Part shown: positions 16,527 to 21,977 of the stretch, piece after piece | How the letters are laid out: each line of letters opens with the position of its first letter | How positions within the stretch are numbered: the stretch's first letter is position 1 | NCBI GenBank assembly: GCA_029858305.1 | Contig: JAOUFI010000035.1 | Location: forward strand, 1-21,977 | Length of the DNA: 21,977 bases | Reading direction: 5' to 3' | Source of the DNA: Candidatus Thorarchaeota archaeon | GTDB taxonomy: Archaea > Asgardarchaeota > Thorarchaeia > Thorarchaeales > Thorarchaeaceae | Program-made: the position numbers and the translations under genes | The notes under the pieces: generated by a model | Told to the model about the DNA's origin: nothing | What the model saw: the letters and a program-made list of their open reading frames with translations, nothing else | Databases searched by the model: none

Positions 16527-16776
16527 GCTTATCGTTCTCTATCTCAAAGAGAACTCGAATATTGCCTACGAGTTCTGGTGGCATTGAGTCTAAGTTTAAA
16601 TCAATCCACTTATGGAGGTCTCTTCTAATCATTTCCTTATCTTCTAATGGTCCTGGTAATTCAGAGCGGTCTTCAGAAACTAATTGAAAGTGTGAGCAAC
16701 CGCAACTACATTCACCATCTAATACCATGTCGATGTCGCTTGAACTCTTGCCGCAATTCCTGCAGATGAAGATCAT
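16516..16776 (-). CDS. Small Zn-ribbon protein, OapC/DUF2072-like
   Basis: CRNCG-x11-GECSCGCSHF resembles the CxxCG...GCxxCGxxxF N-terminus of COG3364. Start ATG 16776 after GGAG. 11-nt convergent overlap with the helicase. Confidence 0.65.
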   Translation of the reverse strand: MIFICRNCGKSSSDIDMVLDGECSCGCSHFQLVSEDRSELPGPLEDKEMIRRDLHKWIDLNLDSMPPELVGNIRVLFEIENDKLTS

Positions 16777-16904
16777 GTCTGATATTCTCCACAAAATGTG
16801 TGATATCATGTGTCTATGAGACTTCGTATGGCTTGTGTATTACTAGGATATGTAGGGCTAGACTTATTTGGTTGATAACAAGGCATCATGCTGGGGCGAA
16901 ATAG

Positions 16905-17162
16905 ATGGCTAAATCATGTACTGTCTGCCGCGAAAAGGCTAAGATTCGTTGTGATAGGTGTCATAACGAGTACTGCCTTGACCATGCCATTAAATGTCCT
17001 TCATGCGGAACAATCACTTGTATTAGAGACATCAATCGAAAGATTATCTGTCCAATTTGCTCCAAGCACATAGAAATCTGCCCAGAATGTCTTTTAAACG
17101 GGAAAATTGTGAGGACACTCAAGGGAAGTAAGTTTTGTTCAGAATGCGGATGGAATGGTTAG
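16905..17162 (+). CDS. Cys-rich multi-zinc-finger microprotein (85 aa)
   Basis: 14 Cys: six CxxC pairs plus CLDH and CIRD. Confidence 0.8.
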   Translation: MAKSCTVCREKAKIRCDRCHNEYCLDHAIKCPSCGTITCIRDINRKIICPICSKHIEICPECLLNGKIVRTLKGSKFCSECGWNG

Positions 17163-17404
17163 AGGAATATCAAAAACCAAGTGAGTAACAATATCAAACC
17201 TGCCGCTCCGGCTATTATCCAACCTTTTTTTCCGTAACCCCAGACAATCGGAATAGGTCCTATCAGGATTACTCCTTTGCTCTCACTCCGTTCCCAATCC
17301 ACGCCTGATTTCATCAACGACGATAGAAGTGCAAGCACAACTAGGACAATCCCTCCTAATAGAAGAATCCAGCCAAATAATTGAATTAACCAGATTGTCT
17401 GTAT
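17159..17404 (-). CDS. DUF131/TIGR00304-family small membrane protein; non-canonical start inferred
   Basis: Missing from the ORF track. Manual translation: IQTIWLIQLFGWILLLGGIVLVVLALLSSLMKSGVDWERSESKGVILIGPIPIVWGYGKKGWIIAGAAGLILLLTWFLIFL*. GVILIGPIPIVWG is the family signature. Confidence 0.8.
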   Translation of the reverse strand: MQTIWLIQLFGWILLLGGIVLVVLALLSSLMKSGVDWERSESKGVILIGPIPIVWGYGKKGWIIAGAAGLILLLTWFLIFL

Positions 17405-17410
17405 TATAAT

Positions 17411-17965
17411 TCACCTCGGTTCTAGTGGGCTAATTGGTAGAGCGAATGTCATTCGCTCATAACCACCCACTTCTTCTCCGTCTAGCGCCCAGAGGCATAC
17501 AACATCCTCATAAATTTCATAATCAAGAACAGTTTCTATTTCTGTCACTTTCGTTCCGACAGGAAATCTCCATAATATTTCAAAATCATAGGGAGTTATC
17601 TCTTCTTCAAGCCATGTTTCTATAGTATTCATTCCTTTGTGGAAACGTCCAGCAAAATCGATGAGATATACAACTGCTACAACATCAGTATTGCCCTTCA
17701 AAAAAATGTCACAATACTTCACCCTTGATCTAACTCGTTCTCGATTGATTTCAACACGTTCCATATCCAGATAGTATTGAAGATTCACTGCAAGCTTGTT
17801 GATCTCCTCAGCGAGAAGTCTTTCATCGCGCAATACTTTGCTATAATAATGACTCATATCCAAATACTCGTAATTGAGGCGTTCATGAATTTCACCTGTG
17901 GATGAAACCGAGAAGAAAGAATCTGCATGCACAGGCTCAACTAGATCGGACATATCTTCATCCAA
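17411..17965 (-). CDS. Acidic hypothetical protein, beta-rich
   Basis: 184-aa ORF with a TTG start 5 nt after an AGGTGA RBS that overlaps the upstream TAG. Motifs PYDFEILWRFP and GGYERMTF. Confidence 0.8.
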   Translation of the reverse strand: MDEDMSDLVEPVHADSFFSVSSTGEIHERLNYEYLDMSHYYSKVLRDERLLAEEINKLAVNLQYYLDMERVEINRERVRSRVKYCDIFLKGNTDVVAVVYLIDFAGRFHKGMNTIETWLEEEITPYDFEILWRFPVGTKVTEIETVLDYEIYEDVVCLWALDGEEVGGYERMTFALPISPLEPR

Positions 17966-17974
17966 TTAAATCAC

Positions 17975-18979
17975 CTACTCTAACGGAACTGCATTGATGC
18001 CGATGTCAGACAAATGTTTCGAAAAAGGGCGAGCATTCTCTGTGAATACGTAGGCCACTCTTGGGTTTACAGTTTTGGCAAAGTTCAACAATCCTTCAAA
18101 GTCGGAATGAGCACTCAATGGAAACCCTCGCTCCGCATACTTACCAGCTGTCCAACCTGAGAGATTGAATCCCTCTGTCTTTTGCTCAAGTCGTTCTATC
18201 GACCTCTTCTCTAGATGATGTCTTGCTAAATCAATAGTGTGACGAAATGATGAGCTAACAATTACAGCCCCAGATTCGAGTGCATCTGACACATTGGCAG
18301 ATCTCATTGTGTGATATCTGAGATCTACTCCATGGTCTTTGTACACTTTGCACACTTTGTCAATGCTCAAATTTCCACTTATGACCCTGAATCCTCCACT
18401 CTGCAGTAGAGCTATTGCTTCTTGAGATTTACCGAGCGAGTATGCATTGAATACAGGAGTTCGCCCTTGATCTATTGTGGCACTAGCGGCATTTAGAATT
18501 CGCTCATAGACTTCTTTCCTATTTGGGAAAATCCATGAAGATGTACCATAAGTAGCTTCAGTAATTAACACATCTGCTTCTAATGGTCGTGCCGCTGTAT
18601 GAACTAAACTGTCAACATTATTGAAGTCTCCAGTGTAAAGGGCTGTTAATCCATCATCGAATTCAAGATAGAACATTGTAGAACCAAGAACGTGTCCTGC
18701 ATTCAGTAGAGTGATGTTAACCCCAATCTGGCCAAACATATCTCCAACTTCGACTGGCGTTATATCAGTAGAAGATTCGGAATTTCTTGCATTCCATGTA
18801 TCGAAAGTGGCTTCTGTGGCAATAATGTGCCGAGCTTGCTTCAGACCCCTAATGTGGTCAGAATGTGAATGAGAGAGAAGAGTAATCTCTCCCTTGATGC
18901 CAGTATCAAATGCTAGACTAACTTCGCCGTATTTTAGAAGGACTCCTGATCCAACTTTTTTCACGTGGAGTGTTGACAT
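17975..18979 (-). CDS. Metallo-beta-lactamase/beta-CASP nuclease (COG1236-type)
   Basis: FDTG, SHSHSDH, NAGHVLGS, YTGDF, EATYG, AYSLGKSQE, LSAHSDF. Probable start ATG 18979 (the track extends to 19099). Confidence 0.9.
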   Translation of the reverse strand: MSTLHVKKVGSGVLLKYGEVSLAFDTGIKGEITLLSHSHSDHIRGLKQARHIIATEATFDTWNARNSESSTDITPVEVGDMFGQIGVNITLLNAGHVLGSTMFYLEFDDGLTALYTGDFNNVDSLVHTAARPLEADVLITEATYGTSSWIFPNRKEVYERILNAASATIDQGRTPVFNAYSLGKSQEAIALLQSGGFRVISGNLSIDKVCKVYKDHGVDLRYHTMRSANVSDALESGAVIVSSSFRHTIDLARHHLEKRSIERLEQKTEGFNLSGWTAGKYAERGFPLSAHSDFEGLLNFAKTVNPRVAYVFTENARPFSKHLSDIGINAVPLE

Positions 18980-19175
18980 TGAAAGACCACTCTTGAGAGA
19001 GCTTGTAGACAACAAAAGGGTTTCTTGCTCATTTGGTTTATTATTGGATTTCGATAGGTTTGGTTGTTCATGCACGAAGAATATCACTTTCGATCCCATA
19101 AAGAGTCCATTGAATCCTATCTTGAGTCCCTTTAGGCGTAAACCATCCTGTTAATATGATTTTTCAACATCATAG

Positions 19176-21347
19176 ATGGGTATGCGGAGAATCGAAGCGT
19201 CACTTTTCCTGCTACTCATGCTGATACTCATTCCAAGCTCGATTACTGCCGTAGGAAATCAAAAATCACCAGAAACCCGCGCATCTCAGTATTATTCGAA
19301 TATTGAACGTAATTGGACAACAAACATCATTCTAGTGAATTATGATTCTCTCCTCATTAACGATACAACATTACTTGAAACAGTACCACTGAAGAGGGTG
19401 CATTACACAGCAACGACTCTCATAACATACAACATCCACTATAATCTATATGTTGCATCTGATGCATATGCAGACGCTCTAAGACAGATAATACTAGATT
19501 ACTCTACTGTAGGATCAGAAATTGGTACCTCTCTAAATGAAACTGCACTAGCAATTCAAAGAGATAATCCCAACACTCGAATTCAGGTGTTTGGTGAACG
19601 CGCAGGACGGTCAATTGATGGATATGCTGTTGAAGAATGGCTTATGGATAATCCATTTGTTCCAGCACCTAATCTAGGGTATAATTTCTATATCTTGAAC
19701 CTCTCCGAATTTGACTCGCCAGACCACAGTATGGAACACTGGTTTGACTACCACCCGATGGACCCAGATACAGGAATAGTACAGAATTGGTTCAGACTTG
19801 AATTTGATAACAATCTTAATCCCCCCATAATGATGCAGTATGCAGGCATTGGGGGAAGAGGCAATGTATACGTACTTGATCCTTCAGCTGACCAGTGGTA
19901 CATGAGATGGGCGCGAATCTGGTGGCATGAGTACATCTCCACTGAATACGAACATTGGACAATGGATCTTGAAGACAAGTCTAGTGAATTGGATTTGGAA
20001 ACAATTGAGGGTGTTCAGTTCCTGAATGAATATCTCAGGGACTATCTAAATGATATAGTATCATACCTTCTTTTCCCATACCAACATAGTCCTGCAAAAT
20101 ATGTGACCTCTGGTGAAATAAAGATTGAAGTCATCAAGATGGATGAAGATGATGGACTCTCTCTTGATGACTTGGAGTGGGTAACGAATGCTGAAAAACA
20201 GCAAGAATATCTCAAACAGTTGCTTCCCTTCATTGATTGGAATGTAAGTGTAGGTTTTCTTGATAGTAGTACTGATACATTCTGGAATAATACATTCTGG
20301 AGCTACGCTTCAATAAATACTGAAGGAGTAACAGAGGTAGCTGGGAGTTCATTATTCGATTATCTTTTCGAGAACGTACGACCCTATCGAATGACAACCG
20401 GTCCTGATAATATCAATGTATACGGTGTTGTATTCATTAAAAGGAACATGCTCATGTCTTATGGTGATGGTACATATACCGGTCTTGGTATAAATGGACC
20501 CGATGGTGGACTGACGCTTGTATGCAAATCATTGGAGCGATACTTTTGCTCCGATAATATCACACCCCGAGAGGGAGTGTCGGGCCTACAACTTCATGAA
20601 CTAATGCACGCAATAGGTTTTGCTCACACATGGCAAGATGAACACTATGCAAGTGACTTTAATTACGGTCCGATGGGCTATTTCGCAGTCCATAATGGAA
20701 CATCGTCGTTTGACAAGAATTGGGCACAGGGAACATATCTTGACCAGATGGAAATCGAGCTATTGAATGATTTCATTTGGAAACAGGGATATCTCTCGCC
20801 AGATGATCCTGATAAAACATTCATAGCTGAGTCAAGAGCTATTCAAGCATTTGCGAATGCTCGTGAAAAATACAACCAGATGAAATGGTTGGAAGCCTAT
20901 GAAGAGCTTCGTGCTGCTAGGGACTGGACAAAGCGAATGATATATTCCAGAATAGACGGAACTCCTCCATTAATCGATGACTGGGGAACGATTCCCTCTA
21001 CGATTGATACTACAGCTTTCACCTATTGGGTTCATGTCACCGATAGATCGGGTCTTGAGAATGTCACACTTTATGCAAAAGTGGATGGAAACATTACGAC
21101 CATCTATGAATGTTCATACGAGAATCCGAACTGGTGTGTCTTCGTGCCTGGCCTGATATATCACTCTAATTTGACATTGTGGATTGTTGCTTGGGATTGG
21201 GGAATGAACAAAGCTGAAGGGGGTTTCATTACCATTAGTGTTGGTCCAGAGTCCTCGTTTATTCAATCTCTTATGCCTCTCATCATTATGTCTGGCATTG
21301 CAGGTATTGTCATTGTCCTAGGCATTACTCTAAAGAGGCGACCCTGA
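19176..21347 (+). CDS. Secreted, C-terminally membrane-anchored metzincin-type zinc metallopeptidase
   Basis: Signal peptide; HELMHAIGFAH (HExxHxxGxxH, 20595-20627); Met-turn GPMGY; Ig-like D.TPP...VTDRSGLENVTL...AWD..MN domain; C-terminal TM followed by KRRP. Confidence 0.85.
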   Translation: MGMRRIEASLFLLLMLILIPSSITAVGNQKSPETRASQYYSNIERNWTTNIILVNYDSLLINDTTLLETVPLKRVHYTATTLITYNIHYNLYVASDAYADALRQIILDYSTVGSEIGTSLNETALAIQRDNPNTRIQVFGERAGRSIDGYAVEEWLMDNPFVPAPNLGYNFYILNLSEFDSPDHSMEHWFDYHPMDPDTGIVQNWFRLEFDNNLNPPIMMQYAGIGGRGNVYVLDPSADQWYMRWARIWWHEYISTEYEHWTMDLEDKSSELDLETIEGVQFLNEYLRDYLNDIVSYLLFPYQHSPAKYVTSGEIKIEVIKMDEDDGLSLDDLEWVTNAEKQQEYLKQLLPFIDWNVSVGFLDSSTDTFWNNTFWSYASINTEGVTEVAGSSLFDYLFENVRPYRMTTGPDNINVYGVVFIKRNMLMSYGDGTYTGLGINGPDGGLTLVCKSLERYFCSDNITPREGVSGLQLHELMHAIGFAHTWQDEHYASDFNYGPMGYFAVHNGTSSFDKNWAQGTYLDQMEIELLNDFIWKQGYLSPDDPDKTFIAESRAIQAFANAREKYNQMKWLEAYEELRAARDWTKRMIYSRIDGTPPLIDDWGTIPSTIDTTAFTYWVHVTDRSGLENVTLYAKVDGNITTIYECSYENPNWCVFVPGLIYHSNLTLWIVAWDWGMNKAEGGFITISVGPESSFIQSLMPLIIMSGIAGIVIVLGITLKRRP

Positions 21348-21369
21348 AACCATTGACAATATATTTTCA

Positions 21370-21977
21370 TTATAGACGCTTTCTCATGAGTGTTAAGGAT
21401 TGCTTGCGATATGATGCACCTAATTGGTTAGCCAGCAACTTCACTAGCTCTGCTTGACCTTCGCCTATGAGTGGAAGTGCAATGCAAGTTTCTGGTCCTC
21501 TAAGAAGTTCGGCAACAAGATGATTAAGCATAGAATTTTCTGAATATTCAGGATTAGTGACTAGTAATCCTATCAGAGCAATATCAGTTAATCTATCAAT
21601 ACTAGTAACAATTCTCGTTGAACCATTGAGCGTCAAGGTCCTTAGGCTTCCTCTATTGAATGCAAAATCCAGAGCAGTCCAGATGAGTGAAGTTGTAAGC
21701 CCTGTTGTCCTACTCTGAGTCCAAATTAGACGCTTTGCGCCTTCCAGATTGGGTTCAGGGTCCCATAGTTTTCCATTTGATTCTGATATCGAATCATTAT
21801 TTTTCTGTAATGTATAACTCATAATGTTACCAACAGGCATGAATCCTATCATTTCTAGAGTGCTTTCTAACCACTTGCTTAATTCGAAACTTGCAGGAAA
21901 GCCAAACCCTTTGTTGCTGCCCTTTTTTGCGATCAGTGCATCAACATCACGAATCGCTACTGTTTTCATGAATGGGA
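21370..21977 (-). CDS. Hypothetical protein, C-terminal part (possibly GNAT-like fold); probably begins beyond the window
   Basis: The frame is open past ATG 21969 to the window edge. LEMIGFMPVG and LIGLLVTNPEY loosely resemble acetyltransferase elements. Confidence 0.65.
   Translation of the reverse strand, partial: PFMKTVAIRDVDALIAKKGSNKGFGFPASFELSKWLESTLEMIGFMPVGNIMSYTLQKNNDSISESNGKLWDPEPNLEGAKRLIWTQSRTTGLTTSLIWTALDFAFNRGSLRTLTLNGSTRIVTSIDRLTDIALIGLLVTNPEYSENSMLNHLVAELLRGPETCIALPLIGEGQAELVKLLANQLGASYRKQSLTLMRKRL

Noticed and set aside
17411-17413. Selenocysteine recoding of the in-frame UGA
   Set aside because: The context LEPR-UGA-III is not a redox motif, I saw no SECIS-like hairpin, and the UGA is explained as part of the GAGGTGA RBS.
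18980-19175. Short repeats (GAGTCC/GAATCC x3, TTTGGTT x2) in the divergent intergenic region
   Set aside because: Too short and irregularly spaced for a CRISPR array, iterons or ORB elements.
8826-21953. Identical 14-mer ATCAACATCACGAA at 8826-8839 and 21940-21953
   Set aside because: About one such match is expected by chance in 22 kb, and one copy is inside a coding region.
1-21977. rRNA, tRNA, CRISPR, IS elements, integrase or provirus
   Set aside because: No such motifs, terminal repeats, arrays or obvious compositional break seen by eye.

Overview
Gene-dense archaeal chromosomal segment with TATA/BRE promoters, GGAGG/AGGTGA ribosome-binding sites, frequent TTG/GTG starts and short overlaps. 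An Asgard (Thorarchaeota-like) origin is my inference from gene content and is not proven. Recognisable genes: partial DHH/RecJ-type phosphoesterase, cupin, NagD-type HAD phosphatase, free-standing B3/4 tRNA-editing protein, HerA/FtsK-superfamily ATPase with a long charged helix, MFS and DASS/SLC13 transporters, ASH-Ski2-like SF2 helicase, OapC-like Zn ribbon, beta-CASP nuclease and a membrane-anchored metzincin. About ten proteins are hypothetical. Best leads: (1) a coiled-coil protein matching the syntaxin (Qa-SNARE) layer pattern next to a tail-anchored protein; (2) a DUF131 gene missing from the ORF track that needs an ATA/ATT start or UGA readthrough; (3) a HerA-like motor without NurA, with a charged-helix linker and a putative winged helix, next to a 6-TM protein; (4) two coupled unknown genes upstream of the helicase, with a beta-CASP nuclease nearby; (5) a DASS transporter with an extra sequon-rich ectodomain. 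I saw no rRNA, tRNA, CRISPR array or mobile element. All family calls come from motif recognition by eye.
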